DNA of 64,000 nucleotides from Podarcis tiliguerta (taxonomy: Eukaryota), in assembly GCA_965153285.1 (NCBI GenBank), contig OZ229115.1. The stretch is one strand, 5' to 3'. The position numbers and the translations under genes were made by a program. Positions 14,437 through 26,910 of this stretch are shown in pieces (position 1 is the first letter of the stretch; each line of letters opens with the position of its first letter). The notes beneath the pieces are model-generated. The model was not told where the DNA came from. It saw only the letters and a list, made by a program, of their open reading frames with translations, and ran no database searches.

Positions 14437-15193
14437 TTGCGGTGAGATCTGGAGACTGACCTCTTGGTTGTGGGTGGGTCCATTGGATAGCCACAACACC
14501 CGATTGGTAGGTCCCTCAATGCTGGGTTTCAATCTGGCCAATGGAGTTGCAGTCTAAATGGATCGAGGGACCTATATAAACCCATGTACGTGACCCAGAG
14601 CTTCCTCTTTCGGCTTGTGCATTGGAACACCCGCCCACCTCTCCCTATATTTCGGGCCTTTTGTGATTGACCTTGCTATGCCGTCGTGTGTCGTCTGTCG
14701 TTGGGACAGGGGCACAGCAGGAATTTTCCCACTTGGCTGATTGGCTGTTGCCATTTGGGTTTCACCTGCCACGTAGCAATTCGTCACAACTTGTAAGGTT
14801 GCGGATAGGCACTGGTTCATGTGATAGGCATGAGAGAACGGTCTCGCCATCACTATGTGAAGGGTATTCCGTTAAAGGAATCCAGGGTCTCAACTTGGTT
14901 TGGCCAGCCCCCGAAAAGGGGTTGTGCCCATGCCTGAGTGCAGGGGAGCATCTGGGGAGTGAATAGAGTCTGCTCCCAGGCTTTTCACCTTCCTCAGGTG
15001 TTCACTCTTGGCTGACCTATGATAGAGCGCTACCTGCAAGGGTGTAGGGAGCTAGTCAAACCAGAGCCTATGCAACCACTCACTTTTCTATAATCAATAA
15101 AGTTGTGGCCTAAATTCTGCCAAAAACCAAAACTAAAATTTGAGTCAAATCTGTCTTTATTTAGTAGGGAGGTCTCTGGGTCTGAACATGCAA
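14437..15193 (+). mobile_element. Unclassified LTR-like non-coding element with TTGC...GCAA ends (copy 1)
   Basis: Imperfect inverted ends; CCAAT/ATTGG boxes at ~14480-14545; TATATAAA at 14573; AATAAAGTTGTGGCCTA at ~15096. Homologous blocks are shared with 46904-48426. Confidence 0.7.
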
Positions 15194-15937
15194 CTGCATA
15201 TGTTCCTGAAAGTAGTTTATAGCCATTGTGACTAATAGCCATTATTCGTCATTTAATCTCATTTTAAGGCCAAATTGGTGGCCATCACAACATTGTTTGG
15301 TAGCCAATTCCATCATTCAACTATATGATGGGTGTACTTGCTTAGAAACTGCATGAACCCTTGAAAATTATCAGTTTTGGGGGAATGAATGTGATACACA
15401 CACATAAGCTAATATTTCCTATATCCAAAAACAAACCTTTAGGAATAGTCTGGGTTCAATCCTACTCAAAGCAGGTTTCTTGCTTTACAGACACTGCAAA
15501 CATTTAGCAAGTTGTTGGGTTCCCCCCACAAATATATCAAAAACTCCATTAACTGTGCTGTCACTTTGTCATGAAAAATATTTATACCCTAATGGCCTAA
15601 TCCTGTGACCTGCTGCACCAGCAACATGGTGCTTAAGAGGCAATGACCAGACTGCTGTGCCAATGTACTGTCACAAAGCATGAATTATGACGGGTTTTAC
15701 AGGCAGATGTGCTGATTCAAACATTTAGGGTCAGCAGGCCACTCAGGATGAAAAGACTGCTGGAAGGGATTAGAAGTAGTAGTTAAGCATAGAAGGAACA
15801 TATTCGCTCTGTCATAGAAGAGTAATCTCCAGGAAATAAATTCTTAGGTGGGAGTGAATCAGCTACTGAAAATATGTGGCTTTTTGACATCTCCCAAAAG
15901 GGGGGGGGGAGGAAAAGAGATCTTCGAAGGGAGATTA

Positions 15938-16122
15938 GGGCCATAACTTAGTGATAGAAGATCTGCTTTGCATGCATAAGGTCCCTGGTGCATTCCTCAG
16001 CACCTCCAGATAGTTTACCATATCTGAAACCATCAAGAGCCACTGTCAATCAATGTTGACAAGGAAGAGCTAGATGGACAAAGGGTCTGACTTTGGTATG
16101 AAGCAGCATCCTATGCTCCTGT
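15938..16122 (+). mobile_element. Old tRNA-derived SINE; a second degraded copy follows at ~16165-16278
   Basis: tRNA-like head (box A gctcagtggc in the second copy); body gagctagatggac...agcagcatcctatg shared with 33915-34100 and 52765-52938. Confidence 0.6.
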
Positions 16123-18639
16123 GTAAATAGCATCTACTGTTGAATGGTGCTTTTTAGCTTGGGAAAGGACCATAGCTCAGTGGCAGAGCATCTGTTTTGC
16201 ATGCAAAAGGGCCTGGACTCAACCCCCAGCATCTCCACTGCCAAGCAGTGTAGACAGTTCTGATCTAGATGGACCAAGGTTTACACAGATGGCAAATGAA
16301 TGCCACTTTAGAGTAAGCCCTACACAACTCAATGAGTTAGGATTGTGATGTCAGGCTTCCATTTATAAAAGTTATGGAGGAGCCTGATCCAGTCCTAGAA
16401 AGATGCTTAATATAACGTGTTTGAGTAGTAAAATCAATATACGAATGGGAATATATATATATTTCATATGTTCACTTACTTTCATGGGACAGGGAAGGAA
16501 AGAGGTATACATAGCTAAGCCAAAATGCAATTCAGTGATACCCAGTGTACCATTCCGTTTTCTTTCACTTGAATTGCTATTGCACCACTCACAATGCCAC
16601 AAAATAGGAGTTTTGCATGTGCATTTCTTTATCACACACGTTCTGTATCCCTCCTTTTTTCCAAGGAGGCCATGGGATAATACGTTCTGCACATCACAGC
16701 AGCCATGTAAACTGATTTTGACTAAGAGTTATCATTTGCTATAGGTCATTCAAAGAGCGTCATGGCGCAGCAGAATTTGAATCCCAGTCCCTGCAGTTCA
16801 AGCTCAACAATATATCCTGTTTCACATGGGCTCTGCACCATACTGGCCACAGTCATCCCGATCCAGCAGATCTGGATTATAATATTCTGTTACCAGGAAT
16901 AAAGCATACAAACACTCAAACCCTGAGAACTGTAGTTTACCCCTCACAGAACTGCAATCCCTCCCCTTAGTAAACTAAAGTTCACAGGGTTTTTTGAGGG
17001 GAATGTATGCTTTAGATATTATTTAAATAAGTGTGTAAGCAGCCCAGAGAAAGGTTTGCTAAAGCAGCCTGTGGCACATTTGCTAAATCATTAGTTCTTT
17101 TTATTGTTATTTGCTAACACTGATTTATTTAGTAATTTCAAGAAATTCACTGATAATTTAATTAGTATTAATCCTCAATTCTCCAGGGATGAGTGATATA
17201 AATAAATGTGAACTAATTTCCTTCACGTCATGGGGAGATCACATTTAGGGGATCAATGGAACGGTTACCCAATCCTGTTTGTATGGTTGTGCAGATGCCG
17301 AGACTGTTCAACCCACTCATTGGTTCTAACCACATGTTTTAGCTATTGTAACATACTCTCTACTTTTCTGAGCTGTGAAAAGATCTAGCCTGGCTTAGGA
17401 CATTCCTACAGAGTTTGTATGAAAGAGCAATGAAGATTTGTGGAAGCTTCATGTTTTCCTCTTTTATTTAGAAATAGAGTATACACGAAGAACAGATAAG
17501 CAAGCAATCACTCCTACAGCAGGTAAGTACAGTTGCCAATCTTGCATCAGGGCCGCAAAGAGCAATGGTACTTGAATAATATTTCAGTTTTGTACAGGTC
17601 ACAGATCTCTCTTCCACATAAATTCCAACTACAAAACTCCCCAAAGGTTTTGTGACCCTCCTCTCACTACTTGTGAGAGCCTTCTTCTAAAACAGGGAAG
17701 ATAGGCTTTGCAGCCGTAAAGGCACATTAAGATTCTTCAGTTAATTTCATGGTGTGCATTGCAGACTGCAGGAGGGATCAGAGGTTCAGCCTTGGTAGAG
17801 CAATTAACACTGGAAAATCACATACAATTCACATCTCACATATCATAACACCTGTATTCAAGCACTGCTTCCTCCACTTAGTTAAAGCTTGAACTGCCCA
17901 TTGAGCAAATGACAGGTGATGATTGCTAACCATTTGCAACCAAAACAGCTTGACAAAGGATAGCCAGCCAATATCCAGAGCACCATATTGTATTGTGACA
18001 CCTTTTGCATAGAACTGAGAGTGAAACTAAGGTATTAGGCTGTCAACACTCTACTTTTTACCTTTTTCTGGTAATGTCCTATCTTGTATTACACAATGTG
18101 ATGCCAATGCGAGTTTCCTCACGCCACAAGATTGGTTGTCAATAGCAGAGAAGAGGAAAAGGCACTGTGAGATAATGTCACATCCAGTATTGTGTGATAG
18201 AGGTCTGTATCACCTGTACTTAAAAAACTGAGTTTTATTTAGTGCTTCAATTCAATTAAATAAATGTTAATGGAATACCTTATGACTGATCAATCAGTGT
18301 GGAAATTCCATCATTGCTTACATTTTTTGTGGAGGCTCCCCAGTGCATTTTGGAAACCTGGAAAAGCAGAAGTCTAAATTATTTGTGAAGCATTCATGGA
18401 TTCAAAATGCTCCCCACTTCATATAGTCACTTTCCATGACGTGAGGAAAATATAGCAATGGAGAGGCAGACCTAGTGTGGCCATCCACACTGCCCTCTGT
18501 AAAATGCTTCAGTGCCCTTTTTGTGAGTCCTGAGAAGAGTTATTGTCTCTCCTTTAACGTAGCCAGTGAGCTTGGAAAGAGAAGGTCATCTCCCACTAAC
18601 TACTTGGAAGAGATGCCTGCTGTTCCTCTAAACAGCATC

Positions 18640-19040
18640 AGAAAATAGAAATTTTCTCCCTTTTACATAATTAGAGCCATTCAGTGAAGCCAAATGCTGG
18701 AAGACTCAGAACACACAATAATCAAATAATTAAACTATGGCATTCGTTGCTGCAAGATTTAGTGAAGGCCAACAACTTGGGTGACCATGAGAGGCTTTAT
18801 GAAATATGCCAGAGGAATAAAGTTGGCAATTACTATTAACCATGATGGTTGTGTACCAATTTCTGCACTGCAGGTAGTATATCTCTGGGTACCAAGTGTT
18901 GGGCTTTACCAGTAGGCTTGGTGCTATTGTGCTTTATGTCCTACTTGTGAGCTTCCCAAAGGCCACTGGTTGGCCACTAAGGGAACACAATGATAGATAT
19001 GATGGGCCTACAGCTTGATCCAAAAGGACACTTCTTATTT
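18640..19040 (+). mobile_element. Degraded CR1-like LINE 3' fragment
   Basis: Decayed RT-end and 3'UTR-like phrases (aattaaactatgg...gtgaaggccaacaacttgg); heavily diverged. Confidence 0.4.
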
Positions 19041-19859
19041 TCTTAGCTTCTGGGGGGTGGGGGTTGTGTACTGCTAGATGCTCTGCATCTAATGAGGAGC
19101 TCTTTCCAGGCAAACTGGCAAGTAGATTTGCAGGTGCTTGCCATTAAATAACTAACATCAAAAACAAAAAAAGCAACATCTTGGTGTGAAAAAAATCTAA
19201 TGAAGAAATGAAAGCAGAACGCATAACAGAGCTGTATATATCTTTTTGTGATGGAGGCCACAACCACTATTGTGTTCGTTCCTTAGCAGCCTGCAATTCC
19301 TGCCTTCACAATAATTATCTCTATTATGACACCAAATGGGGGCTCAGCAAGGAGTTCTCTGGGATCTTCTATCTGATGTAATTTCTAAGTTAACGGGGAA
19401 GCACAAGATGATCTGAGAGTAGCATACATTCCAGGGGAACGAATCATATTTTTATGGTGATAAACCTGTTACTGCAGGAGGCAATTATTTCCAATTTGGT
19501 TCTCTCTCCTGCCTCCTTGCAGAAATGTGAAAACAGGGGAGGCTTAAGGGTTATCAAACCCATGGCAAGCTCTTTGGGTTTGATAAGAGTACACTATACC
19601 TACTGAACTCAGAGATAACCTTTAAAAAAATTATGCTTGCAGATGGATTTAATCTTTTTGAAAATGAAGTTATTTACTGTGGCAGGATCATCATTAGAAA
19701 CTTTGCTTAACAGATTCCACCTACTCTCAAGAACCAGCTCACAAATCGCTGTTCTCTCACGAACTTTCTCTGAGGGCCAAGCTACATGACTAACCTGGCA
19801 TACAGAAAATGTTGGTTATTCAGTGGCTCTGTAGAGAATTGGTATATGGGAACAAAGTC

Positions 19860-20117
19860 CAAGAAGAAGAAGAAGAAGAGTTTGGATTTGATATCCCGCC
19901 TTTCACTCCCTTTAAGGAGTCTCAAAGCGGCTAACATTCTCCTTTCCCTTCCTCCCCCACAACAAGCACTCTGTGGGGTGAGTGGGGCTGAGAGAATTCA
20001 AAGAAGTGTGACTGGCCCAAGGTCACCCAGCAGCTGCATGTGGAGGAGCGGAGACGCGAACCCGGTTCCCCAGATTAGGAGTCCACCGCTCTTAACCACT
20101 ACACCACATTGGCTCTC
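19860..20117 (-). mobile_element. tRNA-derived MIR-like squamate SINE with a (TTC)n tail
   Basis: The minus strand starts gagagccaatgtggtgtagtggttaag (box A) and has gggttcgcgtc (box B); core cccaaggtcacccagc; (AAG)n at 19861-19878. Confidence 0.85.
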
Positions 20118-22650
20118 AAGGCAAAGACTTGTCTCCAGAGTTGACCTATTGAAATAAATGAACCTAAGATCATCATGTTTATTACTTTCAATGAGCCTAC
20201 TTTGATTAGAACTAACACTGGTTACAACTTCCAAATATTTAAACAGGTTCACATGTTACAGTCAATGAGCGTACAGTCACTGTACACAATAGTTGTGCTG
20301 CGCAACTCAACAAGTGTACACTTTCACAGAAAAACTTGTACATGCATAAAAACCATGTGTTCTTTTATTCATTGTAACACGTGAACAAGCCTTTGAGTTG
20401 AATGTGTAAGCCGTCCTAAAGAGAAGAACTGAGGGGGGCAAGGAATAAAGATAGTCTTTCTTCTCTTTTCCCCCAGCAGTTCCTCACCTTTTCCTATTTC
20501 TCTTTGAGTTTGCATCCAGTCCAACCTAGTCATTGCTCTTCTTCCCAATTTTGACTCATCTGTACATTTGCAAATGCGATAAGCTCATATTCCCCTGTTA
20601 AGAGAAACTGAGATGACATCAGGGGTGGGTGTGTTAGCAAATGGATGAACGCTGAAGAAAAAAGCTCACATTTAAAAATCTGAAGACCTTTAGAAACATG
20701 CTCTTACCTTTGTGCTCTGCAGATAAGGACTGACCACTGCATGAACTCCTGCAATGAAAATTTGGCATGACAATGATGTATTTGGATTGTAAAAAGATTA
20801 TTTCTTCCACCCAGCCCCCTTTCTCTCACACACACTTTCAGTGTGGGATGATAAATGAAAAGTTCATCTTCAGCTTTCAAAATATATATTTAAAATGTTG
20901 CAGTTGGGGGTGGGGTGGGGGAATCAAAGGTGACAAAGAGCAAACAAGGAGCCTAGGCAAACATCAGTAGCCATGCCAAAAGAAAATGTTTGTTGTCAAA
21001 TGTTGTCACTGGCTTCGTCTCCTATACCTCTGAGTCTGGGGACAACTTTGACGTTAATTTTGGTGCAAAATTTCCTGTAAGGAACTTGAGCTCCCCCCCC
21101 CCCCGGACCTTTCCTTGACATCCTGGGGACCAGAATTTATATGAAAAGCAAGTCTGCTAAGGAATTGCTCCTTCGTTCAAAGGCCCACCCCACTGCACAA
21201 CACCTCCCCATTGTTGTGAAGCAATGTCAGCAACAAGCTTGAGGTTTCTGACAGACTCTAACCCAAATTTCTTCTTCTTTCAGAATAAAAAGTTTTTCGC
21301 ACCATACTGAATTTTTATTGATGAAAAATAGATTGGAAAAACAAGAAGAAACAACCCCTAACAGTGCTTGATTTATAACACAGAACATAACTGCTTTATA
21401 ATATGATCATGGGACATCCACAAAGTATAAAATAATGCAGGTGCATAAGAACACGAATCTGCAGGGATTCTCGCTTTTGATTTTCAGGCATGTCTGGAAG
21501 TCCCTTTTATGCCAACAGGCCTTTGGAGCTGTTTAAATTTATTAGCCAGCCACTATCAAGATTATTTGTATGGTTTTTAATGGTGTTTTGTTTTTTACTG
21601 CTCTTCACCAGTGTTTCCCAAACATACAATGACTGTGTAATCCTTTAGAAAGTTTAGTCTTACTGGGGTGCCCCTTCTTCGGCAAAGATAATTTGGAGGT
21701 AGTTTTAATGACACTATTTTATCTTTGAATAATTTTCTGCAGTTAAAACAACTGTGATCATGATTTACATTTTTTTGCCATGTACCCTTTGAAACCATTT
21801 CATGTATCCCTGGGTATTTGAGTACCACACTTAGGGAAACAGTGCTGTACATCATATTGATATTTTATGATATGGTGGTGTAGGAATACTGTTATAAATG
21901 AATGAATAACTCCATTGGACTCCACAAGTCATCCAGCCGTGCTTGTCGGGCTCCCCAGTTTGATCTTAGTCGGGGAGCAAAGTAATTCCTTCCTGCATGC
22001 TCTCTTCGCAATGAAAATCTGACTCTACATTTCCCTATAGTGGTTGAGGAAAAACAAGATACATAGTTGCCTCCTATGGAAATTAAGCACATAGCTCATC
22101 TGGCATTTAGTGGCAAATATCTGAAAAAAATAGGCATGGCTCCCAGGAATATAATTATATGAAACAAATAATTGCAAAGTTTGATGCTGTCTTCTACTTC
22201 CAGTGCTATTAAACAGGATCAGCCTATAAAAGAGAGAAATCATCTTTGGAGGAAAGCATCTATCGCAACTGTTGTGCCCAAAATTTGGTCTCTCTCCCTC
22301 AACTTTCACTAACCCGTATTGATTACAGGTACTATTTGCACAGAATCAGATCTATAAGCCCAAATAATTCTGTATTTAATAGCTCTAATAAGCATTTTCA
22401 TGTCTTAAAGTTGTGACAGTCCTCATTGTTTTGGCATCCCCTTCAATATCCTAAACCAGATTGTCTCTGCCTAGCACTGTAGGCAGAAACATTATGGTGA
22501 AGGGGAACTTTGGCAGCAGTGAATCACTGCAGAGCAGCCAAAACATAAATATAAGGAAGCTAATATGTTTGTTGTTTGATTGTGTTGCTTAGTGAGCAAC
22601 TGCCTACAACACTGCCTGTGTGCTTTTCCTTTTATCTTATTTTAGCTATA

Positions 22651-22897
22651 CAGTGGTATCTCGGGTTAAGAACTTTTTCATTTTGGAGGTCCATTCTTAA
22701 CCTGAAACTGTTCTTAACCTGAGATACCACTTTAGCTAATGGGGCCTTGCTGCCGCCGCCACACAATTTCTGTTCTCATCCTGAAGCAAAGTTCTTAACC
22801 CGAGGTACTAATTCTGGGTTAGTGGGGTCTGTAACCTGAAGCGTCTGTAACCCGAAGCGTCTGTAACCCAAAGCGTCTGTAACCCGAGGTACCACTG
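22651..22897. mobile_element. Tigger/pogo-like MITE
   Basis: TIR cagtggta(t/c)ctcgggtta; TA on the left; internal tandem gcgtctgtaacccgaa units. Confidence 0.88.
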
Positions 22898-23189
22898 TGC
22901 AGTTTTTTCTTTTGAATGAAACCTGAAAATTCATGGATGGGCTTAGGGAGGAAATCATAGAGCATTCCTCAAGGGGACAAGCCCTAGTGGAAACCAGCCT
23001 TATCCCCACCATTCATGTCATCAGTTTAAATGCCATCATACCATGCAATGTTAATCATGACTTTCTTCTACCACAGGAGTGGGAAACCTTTGGTCTGGGG
23101 ATAAAAACATAGCCCTCCAGTCCTCTGTAACCCAGCCCAGGCCACATACCCCAATTTCCATACACTTCCATACCCTGCAGATGAAAACT

Positions 23190-23350
23190 GCAACAACAAC
23201 ATTTATACCACATCCATCTGACTGGGTAGCCCCAGCCACTCTGGGCAACTTCCAGCCTATACAAAAAACATGATCAAACATTTTAAAACTTCCCTGTACT
23301 GGGCAGCCATGAGAAGTCTTCTAAAGGTTGTATAGTTACTTTTCTCCTTG
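23190..23350 (-). mobile_element. L2-type LINE 3' end fragment
   Basis: Similar to the 3' end of 36777-37684 (ctgggtagccccagccactctgggc...cttccct). Confidence 0.7.
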
Positions 23351-23379
23351 GCACAGGGGTCGCATTTCTCCCATGAAAA

Positions 23380-23531
23380 TAGGGGTGTCCTACCATACTC
23401 TCCTAGATTTCTCTGATGACAATAGGGACATCCTAAGGCAAAGTGGGACATTCTGGGATCAAATCAGAAACCGGGATGGCTTCTGTAAATCCGGGACTGT
23501 CCCTAGAAAGTAGGGACACTTGAAAGGTCTG
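23380..23531. mobile_element. hAT-like MITE fragment (GGGAC-rich)
   Basis: Repeated gggaca subterminal motifs ending ggacacttgaaaggtctg. Confidence 0.5.
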
Positions 23532-24572
23532 CACTTCTCAGTGGCTCCATTCCACATCTTCAAGTGCTTCTGCACATTCTTGAACTTTGAGAGAACCTCT
23601 TGCTTAAATGGAAAGATGTGTGCATGCGGGTCAGTACACAAACCCACAACAGAATGTAGGCTACACCTTTTGCTCAGTCCACTTTTGCCTCTGGCCTTGC
23701 CCACCAGTGGCATGTAGCCTTCAGAAGCTTGAGCTGTAAAAGGTCCCCCCACCCTCCCCTGCTCTACTGCAGACACTGATATGGTCCAGTCTTGGCAGAT
23801 GTTGTCTAGCCTTTACTGAATACGAATCACAGCCTTGGAGCTATCAGAACAAGACCCAGCAGTGGCAGCTCTAAGCCACTTAGGAACAGAGTGCACTTTC
23901 TGCCAGAGTTTCCACAGACACGAAGTTTCATCAATCAACCAACTGTTTGCAGGGATCTCTTTTTTAAAAAAACCCAAAAGCCATTGATGGATAGAACCAC
24001 TACCTAGATCTTTAGATTCAGGTGGATGCATGCAATCCTCTGTGAGTACTTAAAGCATCTTTATTTTGGGGGGAAGAAACACAAAAACCTTTTATCTTCT
24101 TACATATGACACACAATGTGAGACATTGGGGAAATCTATATCATAGGATAAACCTGAAGAGACAAGACACAGAATAGTCTGTAAACCTTTTCTGCAAACA
24201 AAAAGTCATGTTGTGAGGTGACACCAGGGATCTTGTTCAAATCAAAGCAACCCAACAAACACAAGCTGATTCAGAGCAATAACTGAAAGGGTATCAAATT
24301 CCAAAAGACTAGCCATGAAGTGGGCTATGAAGCTGGGAGTTATAGATACCTGTCAAAGTTCATTAGAAAACTAACCAGGATGCCAAGCAGAAAACTATGC
24401 AGTAGCTACAAGTGGTGGTAAACTCCAGATTTTGGGCCCATTTCACAGTGGAGTCCAGATCCTTTTAGGTTAGAGTCGAGTCTGAAGTAGATCCTGAAAC
24501 ATCCGAGCCCATCCATGCCATGAACATGGCCTGCCTCACCCCACCATTTTGTATTGGCCTAAGTAACTACAT

Positions 24573-24918
24573 GGCGCTGTGGGTTAAAGCCTCAGCGCCT
24601 AGGGCTTGCCGATCGAAAGGTCGGCGGTTCGAATCCCCGCGACGGGGTGCGCTCCCGTTGTTCGTCCCAGCGCCTGCCAACCTAGCAGTTCGAAAGCATG
24701 TCAAAGTGCAAGTAGATAAATAGGGACCGCTTACTAGCAGGAAGGTAAACGGCGTTTCCGTGTGCAGCTCTGGCTCGCCAGAGCAGCAATGTCACGCTGG
24801 CCACGTGACCCGGAAGTGTCTTCGGACAGCGCTGGCCCCCGGCCTCTTTGAGTGAGATGGGCGCACAACCCTAGAGTCTGTCAAGACTGGCCCGTACGGG
24901 CAGGGGTACCTTTACCTT
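24573..24918 (+). mobile_element. Sauria SINE (young, CpG-rich)
   Basis: Box A ggcgctgtgggttaa, box B ggttcgaatccc, (ACCTTT)n tail; TSD taagtaactacat at 24560-24572 and 24919-24931. Confidence 0.93.
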
Positions 24919-25564
24919 TAAGTAACTACATACAACTAGGAGAACATGTTTTGCCATATTTCCATCCTGTGCCAGGCTCCATCTTGTCCCATTTGTGGGT
25001 GGATCTTTTTAGGGAAAATTCTCAAAAATCCTTTATAAAAACCCATATAGCTTTACAAACAAATAAACATTTGTTTACTACAAGGAAGTCTGAGACGGCA
25101 TCTTTCTTTCTTTTACCATTTTACAGCTGCTTGGAGCAGGTCTGTTGCTGTGTAGTAAAAATATCTGCATGTAAACAACTGTACGTATGTACAGCTCAAC
25201 TTCTTATGTACACGGGTACGCAGATTGTACATCTGTTGAGTGTAATATGTAAACAGCCCTATTGTGTGATGAGTTGTACATGTTCCTAGCCTATTGTGCG
25301 TACATCCAGACCAAGTTGGAAATAATGTATTGTTCCCATGGCCCAACCCTTCCCACTGGCCCTTGCTAAATGGGTTATTGTGCAGGCAGCTTCAGGGAAC
25401 ACCTCTTCCCCTGTTGGGAAACCTTCAGTCAGGGCTAATTGGAGTCAGGGGTTGTTTCTTGCATGTGGGAGCTTTCTATTCATACATGCAAACAACTCTT
25501 TTAAGTGAACATCAAATGGACATTCATTGGGGGGATGGGCCTATAACTGCCTCTGTGCATTCAT

Positions 25565-25938
25565 TCAGTGAGCTCAGTGCAGTGGGAGACCAGCCAACCA
25601 GAAGAGTCTCTGAGGTGTACTTGCCTGGAGGCAGCATCAGCATACAAAGTTAGGTCCAGTCCAAGGGTTGGGCAAACAGCAATCCACATGGTCCAAGGGT
25701 CAAGGAATCCAATAATTATGGGGTCCAGGGTCAAGATGAGCAGGAAGCTGCAAGGTAGAGCCAGGAACTACTAGCAGTGTTGCCAGCATTTGGCTCTGCT
25801 TAAGAAGGCTGAAGCCAGCTGGTTCTCATCAGTGCCTTCTCCTCTGTGTCCTTGAAGGCTGATCAGCTGCAGGTGGAGTCACTCCCTCTCTCTTCAGGCT
25901 GCTGTTCTGCAGGTGAAGCTGATTCCTGTCCCATGACA
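25565..25938 (-). mobile_element. Possible degraded Gypsy-type solo LTR
   Basis: Ends in catgaca (TGTCATG on the minus strand); repeated gtccaagggt motifs; left end and TSD not resolved. Confidence 0.35.
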
Positions 25939-26565
25939 GTATACCCGGTTCTCTATACTATTGAGACATCCCCATGGTTTCAGCATTTTCCATTATTGCT
26001 ACTGCCTGATTTTGTCCATTGTTGCATGATTTGCTCGGCCCTTTTGTTCTTACTGTGCACGTTTTAAAGTTTTTCACTGTTAGCTGTATTTAAACATTGT
26101 TTTATACAGTTCAAATTGCCTCAGAAGGCCATATATTGAGATCTAATATTCATGGTAGTGATATCTATATTTTATAACTTGAAACAATAATGGCCCCACG
26201 ACCATCAATGTACCAGAGAGGAAGAGAGAGCAAGCATAAAACAGAGCTGGAATGTAAACTCTCTATATTAAAAGGTGCCAATAAATATGCATCCAGCTGG
26301 AGGTTTGCATAAATGCTGCCCTGGTATTATGACAAAGGGCTGGATATTGTGTTTTAAATTATTAAATGGAAAATATGCGCTAACAAAAAAGAGCAACAAG
26401 CCATTTGGCATTACATAATTCCCAAACAAAATGCTAGCTTTCTTTTTTTTTAATGGATTAAAAATGCAAATAAACTAGCCCTGTACAGCTTGAGATCAAC
26501 CAGGCCAAATGGAGCTATGAACTGTGGTGTGTGAAGCTCACTGGCCTCAAAATAAAATTGAGATA

Positions 26566-26873
26566 CCATCTGCACTAAGCATTGAAAGCAGTATTGTACC
26601 ACTTCCTCCAAAGAATTCTGGGAACTGAAGTTTGGTCAGGGCCCTGACATTTGTTATCACAAACCCTATTCCCCTCAAAGAGTTACAGTTTTCATAGTTT
26701 AAGCACCAATCCCTCTTCCCAAGGGACTCTGAGTGTTGGAACTCTGTGAGGAGAACAGGAATCTCCTAGCAGCTCTTGGCCCCCTTAACAAACTATACTT
26801 CCCAGAATTCTTTCAAGGGTGCCACGGCTGTTTAAAGAGGTATGATGCTGCTTTAAATGTATAGTGCAGATGG
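26566..26873. mobile_element. Palindromic MITE
   Basis: Ends ccatctgcacta / tagtgcagatgg; inner inverted aagaattctgggaa / ttcccagaattctt. Confidence 0.75.
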
Positions 26874-26910
26874 GGGCTGCATCACAAATTGCATGAGTCA
26901 TGAGCCCTCC

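Noticed and set aside
14717-14900. MALAT1-type triple helix plus mascRNA locus
   Set aside because: No adjacent genomic A-rich tract or tRNA-like cloverleaf found; only the U-rich loop resemblance is kept as a finding
24573-24650. tRNA genes at box A/B motifs
   Set aside because: They are SINE heads continuing into SINE bodies and tails
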